A DNA stretch of 64,000 bases, taken from assembly GCF_009914755.1 (NCBI RefSeq), contig NC_060947.1. One strand, written 5' to 3'. Origin of the DNA: the human T2T-CHM13v2.0 reference genome, Homo sapiens. The notes beneath the pieces were generated by a model, which saw only the letters and a program-made list of their open reading frames with translations, was not told the DNA's origin and searched no databases. The position numbers were made by a program, and so were the translations under genes. This document shows, in pieces, positions 1-20,384 of the stretch (within the stretch, counting starts at the first letter, position 1; each line of letters starts with the position of its first letter).

Positions 1-3560
<3,560 letters not shown>

Positions 3561-4015
3561 GTGGAGAGAATGCAGAGCGAGATGGCTGAATAGAACCCTC
3601 CAATGATCATCCTCCCCATTCCAGAAACAGAACATTGAACAATTATCTACACAAGAAACCACCTTTATAAGAACCAAAAATCAGGTGAGTGATACCTGAT
3701 TTTAACTTTGTATCACTGAAAGAGGCACGGAAGAGTGTAGGAAAGACAGTCTTCAGCCGCTAACAACACCCCTCCCTATCCTCAGGCAGGGCAGTGTGCT
3801 GCAGAGAATCTGTGTCCTTCTGGGAGGGAGAGCAAAGTGATTGTGGGACTTTGCACTGGAACTCAGTGCTGCCCTGTCATAGCAGCATTTGGCAGAAAGA
3901 TACCTGATATGATCTCTATCTTCCCAGTGCCCACAAAGGGAGCACTTAGACCAGCACTAGTCAGGAGGGAATTTTCCCTCCCAACGGTAGGGAGAAATAA
4001 TTCCACCTGGGAGTT
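3561..4015 (+). mobile_element. Isolated 5' end (5'UTR) of an older L1
   Basis: Starts GGAGAGAATGCAGAGCGAGATGGCTGAATAGAA, resembling an L1 5' terminus with a degenerate YY1 motif; no ORF1 follows. Confidence 0.6.
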
Positions 4016-4089
4016 ATAAACTCAGTGGTTCTGAACTATCAGTTAGGACCCAGGAAAAAGACTCGCTGCTACAGTGTTCAAGAAGATGA

Positions 4090-4330
4090 ACAGGATGTTG
4101 AGAATAAGAACATAGGCTCAAGCAGACCTCAGTTCAAATTGTAGCCAGTGACACCTGTTCTTTATGTATGTATTTGTGTGTGTGTGCGTGTGTGCGCAAT
4201 TGTGTGCATTTGTCTAATATTTAAAAAATGTATGGATACCTACTTTACAAACTCTTGTGAAGATGGTTTGAAACATCATATAAAAAGCACTTCAAACAGT
4301 ACCCATAACATAGTAGGAGACCAACAAACT
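4090..4330 (+). mobile_element. MIR relic interrupted by a (TG)n tract
   Basis: CAGACCTCAGTTCAAATT...GTGAC and ATACCTACTTTACAAACTCTTGTGAAGAT...AAAAGCACTT core-like motifs. Confidence 0.55.
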
Positions 4331-4545
4331 AGGATTTAGTAATAGTAGCAGTGTCATCAGCAGTGATACCAAAATGGTGGGTATGTAAAGTCAGTCTAAT
4401 CTTTAATATTTCTGAATAGTGTGGCCTTATTTATAGGCCAACTCGCCTTTACTGGCCAATAGCAGATGGGGAGCAATGGATCCTTTTCCTCATGAGTGAC
4501 ATAAACAGGAACGGTACACAAGAAATAAATATGAAGAATTAAAAG

Positions 4546-4551
<6 letters not shown>

Positions 4552-4586
<35 letters not shown>
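4552..4586. repeat. (CA)n microsatellite
   Basis: Direct reading. Confidence 0.95.
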
Positions 4587-7197
4587 CCATATAGTTTATT
4601 CTACAAATTACTTGCTATTCATATTATGCCGTGACTTTTGTATCAAGCTCTGTGACCCTGAATGGGAGGTGCTAAGTTACTTTGTATTTAATTGTTATAA
4701 TTTATTGCTTTTTCTGCCTTCAGCCACTGACTGTAAATTTTTGTAGAGAAACACAAAATTGCTTCCTGTTCTTGACACAGAAAGGCCTTTTTCCCCCTAG
4801 TTAAGCTCATAATTTTATGTTGGATGACCTTTGTTTCTGTGGCTTGGTTTTATGATTTAAAAACTGCTTTGGATGACAGACAGTTCTGGGGATGATTTTT
4901 TTTAACCAATGCAAATTGCCTGAGCCCATGACATAATGCTAGTTCTTCTCTTTGTATTTCCTGATAGTATTACCAGCATCATGCTGCCTATAAATCAATT
5001 AATCTGCCCTGGATGAGAATCTCAAGGCCTGTGAGTATGTTGCTTGAAAAAAATACCTTTGTCTCTACCAACTTTTATTCCCAACATGAAATTCTTGTAA
5101 AATCACATTAAGGCAGTTGGAAATTAAAAGCAATCCGTTTTTTCTTTAGATAAAAGGTTTGGTTCTGATACATAACACAGTCAGTTTGAGTGAAAGAGAA
5201 GAATTTTTGTACTGAGTATTTTTTTATTGTGCCTGAAGCTTTAACCTCCTTTTCTTTCCCTGTTGTGTGTTAAGAAAATTAAGTATCATAAGTAAGGGAG
5301 ACTACATTGGTATGTGCAGCCCCTATTGGCTTTTGATTGTGAAAACACAGGCCAAGGCCTGAGCATCTTGTTGACTCATTTGCACAGATGGAAAGCATGA
5401 AGATTCACCCTCAACAGCAGGTTAGAATTGGAAGTCAAAGGCTCAAATTGGAAGTCACCATGTCTCCCTGTATCAATTTAGTGTCCTCATTGCCCCATGC
5501 AACTTCTTAACATAAATTTGGATTTTAAAAAGAGTATTTTTTTGAAGTGTGGGCTTTTTGAGATTAAGTGTAGGCCAAAGGGATACATGGCTGAGAAGTT
5601 AAGTATGATCAAAATCCTGCTAAGTGCCTGCCTTATATTTGTCAACCAGGAGGGATAGTCTAAGGCTATTGGCAGAAGTTCACGCTCTTCTAAAACAAGG
5701 GCAATCTACCAACCCGAGAGCCAAAAACAGCAAAGGAAATATGTGCCAGCTTTCTCCCTATATTGGCCCGTTGGGTTTTGGTCACCCATCCTTAACAGGG
5801 TCATTTCTGGCTGCTAATAAAAAAAGCAGGCCCAAATTTAGGGTTCTTGAGGGCCATTAGGAGGACAAGGGAGAAATTGCAATACAAACAGAGTGGTTGA
5901 GATAGATAGGGACAAGAATGGAGTTGTACCTATCTGAGAAAAGATGTTCTGAGTGTCTGTGATTCATAGAATCAGTTTGAATAGTGGGAATGAAAACGTA
6001 AAGTGATTTTGGAAGTTTTCAAATAACATATGTACCAATATGTGTGTGCACATTCACACATGTGTGATGGCTGTTTGGGAATGTGTGTATCTCATGTCCT
6101 GATGATATCATCTTTTGGAATGAAATATTTATTTTTGCAGCTACCTATGAGAGTTTGAAGGCTAAGTCCAGTCCAGTTTCTGAGCCTCTTCAATCTGAGC
6201 AGAGTCAAAAATCCCATTGGTTACTGAATCCTGGAATTAGCTTCATTTCTGTTGACCATGAACACCTAGTGTGCTTGGTGGTGTTTCTTGTTCCCTCATG
6301 TGCTTACCAAATCATACCTTTCTCACTTCCATCATGTTGGTCCAGTCTCTCTGCCTGAGTTCATGTTTTGGTTTTGAATTCCTCACTGGAACTAGGTTTG
6401 TCTTGAATACCTGCCCTCTTGGCTGGGTTCTTATACTGATCATGACCCCTTCCTGCACCAAACCTGCATACAAGAGTTCCTTTAAACTTAGGACATTGGA
6501 CTGCCTCCTGGTATAACAAACAAACTACCATTGGATCCGTCCTCCCTCAGCCGTGTTGGACCTACTGTGGTCTTATTTTCCCTCTTCACTTGAACATGTT
6601 AAAGAAGATCCAGCATGCCATTTCACCTGAGATTCTTCTGTTTGATGGCAATCAACGTCCAAGAGTTCATACATTTACCAAAAAAGGGGACGTTTTTGGT
6701 TTAGAATACTTTGAAATGTCAAAATGAATGAAAGTATTAACTAGTAATATTAGTGCATTAATATATAACCTAGCTACTTATGTCTCCATTTTTTAAAGAA
6801 CCAATTGCAAGTCTAATGAGTACTAGTCCTAGTTCTGGTCCTACTTTGGTGATTTGGAATATCACACAGTAAATTCCTCCTTTTATGTATGTTACAAACT
6901 GTAGCTATTGCAATATTCATAAGCAAGAGTTCTCACAAATACATAAAAATGAGGTATGTATCTTTTTTTATTTTTATTTTTTATTTTTTATTATTATACT
7001 GTAAGTTTTAGGGTACATGTGCACATTGTGCAGGTTAGTTACATATGTATACATGTGCCATGCTGGTGCGCTGCACCCACTAATTCGTCATCTAGCATTA
7101 GGTATATCTCCCAATGCTATCCCTCCCCCCTCCCCCCACCCCACAACAGTCCCCAGAGTGTGATATTCCCCTTCCTGTGTCCATGTGATCTCATTGT

Positions 7198-11040
<3,843 letters not shown>

Positions 11041-11088
11041 TTATTTTGCTCGTTAGTTGATGCAGTTTCTTCCTAGTCTCGACGGTCT

Positions 11089-12105
11089 TTACATTTTGGC
11101 ATGATTTTGCAGCGGCTGGTACCAGTTTTTCCTTTCCATGTTTAGTGCTTCCTTCAGGAGCTTTTTTAGGGCAGGCCTGGTGGTGACAAAATCTCTCAGC
11201 ATTTGCTTGTCTGTAAAGTATTTTATTTCTCCTTCACTTATGAAGCTTAGTTTGGCTGGATATGAAATTCTGGGTTGAAAATTCTTTTCTTTAAGAATGT
11301 TGAATATTGGTCCCCACTCTCTTCTGGCTTGTAGGGTTTCTGCCGAGAGATCAGCTGTTAGTCTGACGGGCTTCCCTTTGAGGGTAACCCAACCTTTCTC
11401 TCTGGCTGCCCTTAACATTTTTTCCTTCATTTCAACTTTGGTGAATCTGACAATTATGTGTCTGGGAGTTGCTCTTCTCGAGGAGTATCTTTGTGGAGTT
11501 CTCTGTATTTCCTGAATCTGAATGTTGGCCTGCCTTGCTAGATTGGGGACGTTCTCCTGGATAATATCCTGCAGCGTGTTTTCCAACTTGGTTCCATTCT
11601 CCCCATCACTTTCAGGTACACCAATCAGACGTAGATCTGGTCTTTTCACATAGTCCCATATTTCTTGGAGGCTTTGCTCATTTCTTTTTATTCTTTTTTC
11701 TCTAAACTTCCCTTCTTGCTTCATTTCATTCATTTCATTTTCCATTGCTGATACCCTTTCTTCCAGTTGATCGCATCGGCTCCTGAGGCTGCTGCATTCT
11801 TCAAGTAGTTCTCCAGCCTTGGTTTTCAGCTCCATCAGCTCCTTTAAGCTCTTCTCTGTATTGGTTATTCTAGTTATACATTCTTCTAAATTTTTTTCAA
11901 AGTTTTCAACTTCTTTGCCTTTGGTTTGTATGTCCTCCCGTAGCTCAGAGTTATTTGATCGTCTGAAGCCTTCTTCTCTCAACTCGTCAAAGTCATTCTC
12001 CATCCAGCTTTGTTCCGTTGCTGGTGAGGAACTGCGTTCCTTTGGAGGAGGGGAGGCGCTCTGCTTTTTAGAGTTTCCAGCTTTTCTGTTCTGTTTTTTC
12101 CCCAT
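11089..12105 (-). CDS. L1 ORF1p, intact 338 aa RNA-binding/chaperone protein
   Basis: MGKKQNRK...ARREW...YPAKLS...NHAKM, canonical length. Confidence 0.95.
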   Translation of the reverse strand: MGKKQNRKAGNSKKQSASPPPKERSSSPATEQSWMENDFDELREEGFRRSNNSELREDIQTKGKEVENFEKNLEECITRITNTEKSLKELMELKTKAGELLEECSSLRSRCDQLEERVSAMENEMNEMKQEGKFREKRIKRNEQSLQEIWDYVKRPDLRLIGVPESDGENGTKLENTLQDIIQENVPNLARQANIQIQEIQRTPQRYSSRRATPRHIIVRFTKVEMKEKMLRAAREKGWVTLKGKPVRLTADLSAETLQARREWGPIFNILKEKNFQPRISYPAKLSFISEGEIKYFTDKQMLRDFVTTRPALKKLLKEALNMERKNWYQPLQNHAKM

Positions 12106-12989
12106 CTTTGTGGTTTTATCTACTTTTGGTCTTTGATGACGGTGATGTACAGATGTGTTTTTGGTGTGGATGTCCTTTCTGTTTGTTAGTTTTCCTTCTA
12201 ACAGACAGGACCCTCAGCTGCAGGTCTGTTGGAATACCCTGCCATGTGAGGTGTCAGTGTGCCCCTGCTGGGGGGTGCCTCCCAGTTAGGTTGCTCGGGG
12301 GTCAGGGACCCACTTGAGGAGGCAGTCTGCCCGTTCTCAGATCTCCAGCTGCGTGCTGGGAGAACCACTGCTCTCTTCAAAGCTGTCAGACAGGGACCTT
12401 TAAGTCTGCAGAGGTTACTGCTGTCTTTTTGTTTGTCTGTGCCCTGCCCCCAGAGGTGGAGCCTACAGAGGCAGGCAGGCCTCCTTGAGCTGTGGTGGGC
12501 TCCACCCAGTTCGAGCTTCCCGGCCGCTTTGTTTACCTAAGCAAGCCTGGGCAATGGCGGGCGCCCCTCCCCCAGTCTCGCTGCCGCCTTGACTGCTGTG
12601 CTAGGAATCAGCGAGACTCTGTGGGCATAGGACCCTCCGAGCCAGGTGCGGGATATAATCTCGTGGTTCGCCGTGTTTTAAGCCCGTCGGAAAAGCGCAG
12701 TATTCGGGTGGGAGTGACCCGATTTTCCAGGTGCCGTCTGTCACCCCTTTCTTTGACTAGGAAAGGGAACTCCCTGACCCCTTGCGCTTCCCGAGTGAGG
12801 CAATGCCTCGCCCTGCTTCGCTCGCGCACGGTGCACGCACCCACTGACCTGCGCCCACTGTCTGGCACTCTCTAGTGAGATGAACCCGGTACCTCAGATG
12901 GAAATGCAGAAATCACCCGTCTTCTGCGTCGCTCACGCTGGGAGCTGTAGAGCGGAGCTGTTCCTATTCGGCCATCTTGGCTCCTCTCC
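12106..12989 (-). promoter_or_regulatory. L1 5'UTR internal sense/antisense promoter, CpG-rich, YY1 site intact
   Basis: CAAGATGGCCG on the minus strand at 12969-12979; CpG-dense 12520-12970. Confidence 0.85.
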
Positions 12990-13624
12990 TGAGGTATGCA
13001 TCTTTATGTCACATATTTATAATTTCAAATCTGTCACATATTTATAAGTAATCAAATAGAACAGGTAGAAAACACATTGGGTTTAAATAAGCCAAAATTT
13101 AGAATTTAAAGTATTTCTATATTGATGTTCTTCAGAAATGGTATGGACCAGGGAGTGAGGTGTAGACAGATAAAGAAAAAAGAACTTAATTATGATGAAT
13201 TTTTATTATCAGATAATACATTTTTTCATAATTTCTCTATTTTCTGGGTTTTCATGACTGTAAATAAGCCAAATTAATTTTATGAGCATGCCAAATTATA
13301 AGTAATACTTCCTAATGCTGCCAAACCAACAAAGCACATTTTAATCTAATCAGCACTAAAGTGTTACATATATTTATCTTTTGCACAGTTTAATAACCTG
13401 TGGTTAATAATTGCCAAAATATTACAATGGGACTTAAATAGGTTTTCTAAATATCCAGAGGAAGGGAGGGGTGGTCCTACCTTCAAAACCTGACAGATTT
13501 GATTCTTTGGGATCTCCTTAGGAACTTCAAGCAGGAAAGGTTGTGAAACAACTCAGAGTCCATCAACACACTCACTTGTGCCATCTGCAAGATATGTTTT
13601 CTGCAGACCTTGCAAAACTCCTGA

Positions 13625-13737
13625 TACACACACATATATGTACACACATATATATACACACACATGTGTGTATATGTACATATATACACATACGTACATT
13701 TATATATACATATATGTGTATACATATACATATATAT
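13625..13737. repeat. (TA/CA/TG) low-complexity repeat
   Basis: Direct reading. Confidence 0.9.
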
Positions 13738-14389
13738 TTAAACTTTTTGTACATGTTGTTGATTAAGAGGAGGTAAAATTAAGAGGGGCTAACATTTCAA
13801 GCTAACACATGTTACTGAACATAGAATTGTACACATGAGGTCATTACTGCAGCACATGTGTGCTGGGCTCAATAAGTAAATATCAGGTGCACACTTTCCT
13901 TCAGAGGCAAGGAGCAGTTGTACAATAAAAACAAGGGGATGTGGCATTCATCTCGTGGTGACAAGATACCATTTTCTTGGTTAGTGCTGAGGCAAGTTTG
14001 GGATACTTTTCTCTGAATTTTAATAGGCAGAAGAACCTTATCTGGCGATATATGCTTCTAAAGTTCCTAGGATTATGGTTGTAGTTTTAGCAATGAAATG
14101 AAAAGCTAAAGCTGGATTCATCATGGAAAACAAAATAAATTCGGTGGTTTTGAAATTTCCAGAGGCTACCTGAAAAATAGGTATTGATGTATCTCACATA
14201 TTTTTTAAATGATAGGATCGGAACAAGACATATTAGAAAAGTAATTTCACCACATAGTGAGGGTTGAGAACTCCATTTATTGTTTAACTCCAAATTTAGC
14301 ATGTTCTAGTTAAGACCTTATATCAGTCGTTAAATCTTGGTGATTAAATTTCCAAGAAAAACAAACAAACAAACAAAAGCATTTCCTCT

Positions 14390-15725
14390 GTGGAAGGCAA
14401 TATGCTGTATTGGTTAAGAACACAGACAGGTTCTGGCAGCAGATTTAGCTGTGTCACCTTGAGTAAATTTCTTACTCTCCTTCTGTCTCAGTTTCCTTAT
14501 CTGTTAAAAAAAAAAAGGTGACTTTAGACACAATTACCTTATTTGGGTACTTATGAGAATTAAATGAGTTAATACATACACACACACACACATATATGAA
14601 CAAATTAGCAATAAGAAAGCAAACAATGCCATCAAAAAGTGGGCTTAGGGCATGAGTAGACAATTCTCAAAAGAAGATACACAAATGGCTAACAAGCATA
14701 TGGAAAAATGTTCAGCATCACTAATGATCAGGGAAATGTAAATCAAAACCACAGTGCAATACCACTTTACTCCTGCAAGAAGGGCCATAATAAAAAAATC
14801 AAAAAATAGTAGATGTTGACATGGATGTGGTGAAAGGGAAGCACTTCTACACTGCTGGTGGGAACGTAAACTAGTAAAACCACTATGGAAAACAGCATGG
14901 GGATTCCTTAAAGAACTAAAAGTAGAACTACCAATTGATCCAGCAATCCCACTACTGGGTATCTACCCAGAGGAAAAGATGTCATTATATGAAAAAGATA
15001 CTTGCACATGCATGTTTATAGCAGCATAATTCACAATTGCAAAAACGTGGAACGAGCCCAAATGCCCATCAATCAATGAGTGGATATAGAAACTGTGGTA
15101 TATATATATATACACATATATATATATATGTATGTATATATAGTGTGTATATATATATATACACAATTGTATATGTATATATAATTGTATATATATACAC
15201 ATAATTGTGTATGTATATATAGTGTGTATATATATACAATTGTGTGTGTATATATATACAATTGTGTATATATATATACACAATGGAATGCTACTCAGTC
15301 ATAAAAAGGAATGACTTAGTGGCATTTGCAGCAACCCGGATGAGATTGGAGACTATTATTCTAAGTGAAGTAACTCAGGAATGGAAAACCAAACATCGTA
15401 TGTTCTCACTCATAAGTGGGAGCTAAGCTATGAGGATGCAAAGGCATAAGAATGACACAGTGGACTTTGGGGACTCAGGAAGAAAGGGTGGGAAGGGGGT
15501 GAGAGATAAAAGACTACACATAGTGTTCAGTGTATACTGCTCGGGTGTTGGGTGTACCAACATCTCACAAATCACCACTAAAGAACTTACACATGTAACC
15601 AAACACCATCTGTTTCCCAATAACCTACGGAAATAAAAAAAAAGTGAGTTAACATACATGAAGTCCTTAGAGAAACACCTGGTATGTAGAGAATATTCAT
15701 GAGCAGTAGATATTATTATTACCAC
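14390..15725 (+). mobile_element. MIR (14390-14580 and 15643-15725) split by an L1 insertion
   Basis: GCTGTGTCACCTTGAGTAAATTTCTTA...TCTCAGTTTCCTTATCTGT; TGAGTTAA(T)ACATACA repeated on both sides of the L1. Confidence 0.75.
14596..15642 (+). mobile_element. 5'-truncated L1 3' end (L1PB/L1MA-like) with an internal TA-rich expansion at 15098-15281
   Basis: ORF2 C-terminal text (CAATTCTCAAAAGAAGATACACAAATGGC); 3'UTR ending CCCAATAACCTACGGAAATAAAAAAAA. Confidence 0.9.
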
Positions 15726-15986
15726 TTACTGTTCAAGGTTCTGTATCATTTTAGTTGAAGAATATGCTGAGATTTCTAAGCAATTTTAAAAATATATCAT
15801 TTACAGACATTTGTGTATATGAATCATAATTTTTCTGATACTAGGCAAGCAAAGGAAGTCCAGAAATAAATTAGACATCGAGACAAATGTCAGTGCAATT
15901 GATAACCATTATACCAAATTTCAAAATTTCATGTATATCCAGACAGTTTCATTCTTCTCATTAACCGACTTGATAATATGTAAATA

Positions 15987-16150
15987 TTAGGTTGGTGCAA
16001 GAGTAGGTGCGCTTTTTGCCATTACTTTTAATCCCACTACTTTGAACATACTTCATATATTTTCCATCATTTTTCTTACCATTTTGTAAACAAATTCTTC
16101 CCCCATTCCTTTTAATTGCAAAAAACACACTGACTTTTGTACCAACTTAA
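15987..16150. mobile_element. MADE1 (Hsmar1-derived MITE) with a central insertion
   Basis: TA-TTAGGTTGGTGCAAGAGTAGGTGCGCTTTTTGCCATTACTTTTAAT ... TGCAAAAAACACACTGACTTTTGTACCAACTTAA inverted arms. Confidence 0.88.
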
Positions 16151-16329
16151 ATAGTTATATATTTGAAATTAAACAACAAAACTCTTCTGATATAATCTGT
16201 TCTATATATTAAGGTTCCATGTAAGATTGATTTTAAAAGTCCGTCCCACTGATTAAAAAAAAAAACTAAAAAGGTTTAAAGTTCATTGATCTAAAGAAAA
16301 TAGTGTTTCTTTTACTGTAATAATAATGA

Positions 16330-16530
16330 TGATAATATAATTTTTATGAAGTACTCTCTTACCTATGATCTCATTTGTTACAACAACCCAGCAAAACAGC
16401 CAGGGTCGGAATTATCATTCATATTTTACTGATGAGAGAATGAAGCCTCGAAGAGGTAAAAGTGACTTACTCGAGTGACAAGGCTATTGTGACCCAAAGC
16501 CAGAAAGGATTCCAATCCAATTCTTTATTC
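16330..16530 (-). mobile_element. MIR relic
   Basis: ATATTTTACTGATGAGAGAATGAAGCCTCGAAGAGGTAAAAGTGACTT core. Confidence 0.65.
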
Positions 16531-19500
16531 CTCATTCAGTTTTTTTACTTGACCTGCCTTGCAGCCGACAGGCCTAAATGTTCCTGTTCCAAAGCTGAGG
16601 GCCTTTTCTCCTGGGTGCTCCTGATGCAATGATTTATAGCAGAAGTGCGGGGTCATGCCTTTCTGGCTCCTTACAGGAGGGAGGTTTTCTGTGCACCTTG
16701 GCTTCTGATCGCACTGTGTAGTGAATTTGGAGGTGTCAAGGTGGACTCACACGGTAATGTGAGCCTAAGATGAGAAGTTAATTAGGTCTTTTGATATCTA
16801 ATGAGGTTTCAAATCATTTATCACCAGTAGAGAGCACTATAAGATTAGAATTAATAGCAGGACTTGCATGAAGAAAATAATGTTTGTATCATGAATGTAT
16901 TACAAAGGCGGAGTTAAAATGATTGATTTTAAGCAAGCATGATCTGCCCTTGTAATAGTAGATCATTTCCATCAGTTGAATCTTTACAAAGCAGTCACTC
17001 AAAACTTGCATTTAAATGTAATAGCAATATTAAAAGAAGTAGGCGTTGCTTGCTTGTTGAAGTTACATTGAAGAGGTTCAATTCTGAATCATAACCCAGG
17101 CATATGTGCCTTCTACTTGAATATCTTGCTTCCAAACCACTGTTGCAGTGTTTATAACACAGAGTTCCTTCTTTCTTCCTGACTCCTGTGTTGCATATGG
17201 GACTCCACACATACAGAATAGGTTCAAAGATATCAAGATACCATGGGGCTTCATGCTGACCCCCTTTATTTTTCTTACTTGGGATTTGTGGCTGTTGGGC
17301 TTTCTTAAACCTTTTTTTTCTGGTTGTAGATATAAAATCAAGCTTCATTTCATAAGTAGCCTTCAGTGTATTCATATTATTTAGAGACATGCAGTAAATA
17401 CAAATCTGCCCACAGTCTACAGACTGAAATATTGGCATTTAGTTCCATCCTAATTACAGTATTTTACTAGTCTAACACTGACATGCATCACACAATGACT
17501 TTCATGCTGTGGAAAGCTTTGAAATGGATCTGCCTTAAAGATAGCTGCACTTACACTTCATATGTTTTTCATCATTTTTCTTACCATTTTGCCAGTTCCC
17601 CAAACTAGCTGTATTTAAACAAATTCTTCCCCCACAGCCATTTTGTTCTCTGATTTCACCCTGCCGTGAAGTCTCAATGCAAAATCGGCAATAGCATGAT
17701 TGATCATTTAGCTGACAGCATAGTCATGAACACGAGGTAGAAACTAAACATCCAGTAAGAGGAGAAGCTGGAATGCAGAGGTATTAAAATACAAATATCT
17801 CCCATGAAAACAGAGGAAACATGAGAGGTTTAATGTTTGAATAAATCTCCTCTATTCCCCAAACCCTAGCCATTGATAAATGTGCTCCCTCTTCAATCTT
17901 GTTTCAGTATTCAAGTTTTCTCATAAGTAGTGTATTTATTGAAAAAAGCCCTCTCCCTTTACTCTGTCCTCATCACAACAGTAAAAGAACCCGCCCCCCG
18001 ACCCGCCAACCTTGCAAAAAGAGCCTGTGAGAATGCTTTCCTCTAAGGACTCAGTTACTTGCTTGCCTAAATGAAGAAGAGACATGTCTGTAGTAATACT
18101 TGCATGTTGGACGAGCCCCATTCAGAAGAAAATCACAATGAGGTTTCTGTTTATACAGGTGCCATTAGGTGTACTTACTGTCACAGTTGTAAGTTAGGTA
18201 GCTAACCAAGTGCACTGCACATGGAGTTAAAAAATTCAAATTTAAAAAATGCAAATAAGCTAACTGCTGGCATGAGGATTGGGTCTCCCAAACATAGGTT
18301 CTATCATTGTAGTTCCCCAAGGGGGCTCTACATACACTTACAGCAGTATACTGGGCCACTATCCTGGCTATTGAATACCAAGTCCATTTTATATATCATT
18401 GACAAAGATTTGTATGGCCTCAAAGAGGACTTTCAATTGGGGGCTATTGCTTTTATTTTTGCCTTTTGTGTAGAATTGGCATTTTAGGGCTGCTGGCAAA
18501 ATTAATTTACTGACAGTGACAGCATCTGTGAAATACATTTACCTAGAAAATGTAAATATGAATATACATATATCAGAAGAATGTATTATAAAAAGTTTCA
18601 CATTACTTGCGTTAAATATTCAATGATATAATAGTTATGAACCCATTTGATCTAGAGTCTCACCACAGTAGGGTAGTATTTTTAATAATAATTTTTTGAA
18701 TCTTATACATTTTAAATTTATTATTTGGGGCTTTAATTTTGTATATACATAAGTGTCTCTTAAGTGAAGGAATTTAGCACAGGTTAACTGATAAACTGAA
18801 ATGACAGATATGTACTAGGCACTCCCACTCAGCTTGTGTGAAAAAAGAGGGCAAGGAAGTCCAAAAAATACCTCAAGTTTTCTGCAAATTACATAAGCCT
18901 TGCTCTTTCCAACCTTTTATAATTCACCTTTCCTCTTGTTCAGTCATTCAACAATTACTTATTACTTTTACTTTATATTTGAAGTATTATCTTATTTTCA
19001 TAGTTGAGCTTATAAATGATACATAGAAAGCATGAGCAGAGAAACTTATCAGAAGCTTCCATCACTGAGCAGAAACTCTCAGATTTGGGATGTGATCCAC
19101 TTGTTTCTTTTATGTAATTTTTGCTCTCTTTGCAGCCCAGCTGTTCTCCCAAGAACTTGTTGTTGTTTTTCTCAGTATTTCCTTATTTCAGATTCCAGTG
19201 ATACATATGTGTGAGACTTTAAAAAATTCTTCTTGTGCCATGTCCTCTTAACATATAGCTAAAACTCCTGGGCATCAGAAACAGTAGGCAAAACTTGAGT
19301 CAAATCAATTTTTTTTTTTCCTGTCTGAGAGATCTGTATTTCACAACAATAGTAAAGTAGATGGTTTGGAAGCAGAACATGACATACGGTCCTCCAAACA
19401 TCATCCAACCTTCTCTATGCAGTACATAGCATGAAACTTGGCATAACACACCTTGGACCAGGTCCAGTGGCATTCAATCACTGGCAATGCTGGAAACGCT

Positions 19501-19646
19501 TTGATGAATCATGGACTCACTATTACCAAACAATTTCATGGCCCTTCCCTAAGGATGGTGTAATAGTGGGACTTCAGTGTATTATATAAAAAGAAAAAAA
19601 ATACATATAGGAATATATGGAATAGTCTTGTTTATCTCTAACCCCT

Positions 19647-19647
<1 letters not shown>

Positions 19648-19690
<43 letters not shown>
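19648..19690. repeat. (CA)n microsatellite
   Basis: Direct reading. Confidence 0.95.
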
Positions 19691-19693
<3 letters not shown>

Positions 19694-20384
19694 TATGATG
19701 AAAACACACTCTCTTTAGTCCTTCCCATTTGTCCATTTGCAGACTAGTATTTCTGTTTTCTTCAGTGACTATGTGACTCTTAATGCCCAGTCAAAATCAA
19801 TTTCAGGAAAAAATTCATTACATTTTGCCATCACTGGCAATGCTACATAATAGGTACTCAGTAAGTATGCATTTGAGTAGTGAATGACTGCATCTGTCAA
19901 GATGAAAATAAGGTTTTCCAAATTAGAATCATTTTGTTGGTCTTTCAGCTTTGGTACCTGTAAGTTATTTTTGTTCTTTGAAAATTTGATTGTAAACAAT
20001 ATTGTTGCCATTTCCAATTTAAAAATCTTTGACTCTTATATTAATTGAGAAAATGTATATATGAAGTGTCTTGCACGGTTCTTGATACGTGGTAGGGCAG
20101 GCAGTGTTAGAATGAAAATTTGTTGAAAATAGTGTGATAGGTTCAATTGCATTAAATAAAATGAAAACATTAAAAGATTACTGATTAGAGCACCTGTAAG
20201 CTGTAATGCAAACAAAGGAATTGTAGGGATACAGATTAGCCTTATACCATATAGAATAAAAAGCGAAGGGGAAGAAAATCCAAGAAGAAAGAAGAGAGGG
20301 AAGAAGACTGGTTAAACCTCCTATTTATTAAAATTCAATATTATTTTGGAAAAAAAGAAATGTTGGACTTTATAATTCTTGTTA

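Noticed and set aside
13483-15283. Tyr/Ile/His-rich ORFs
   Set aside because: Translations of TA/CA microsatellites
16995-17438. 147-aa minus-strand ORF in unique DNA
   Set aside because: No recognisable domain or splice structure; consistent with chance
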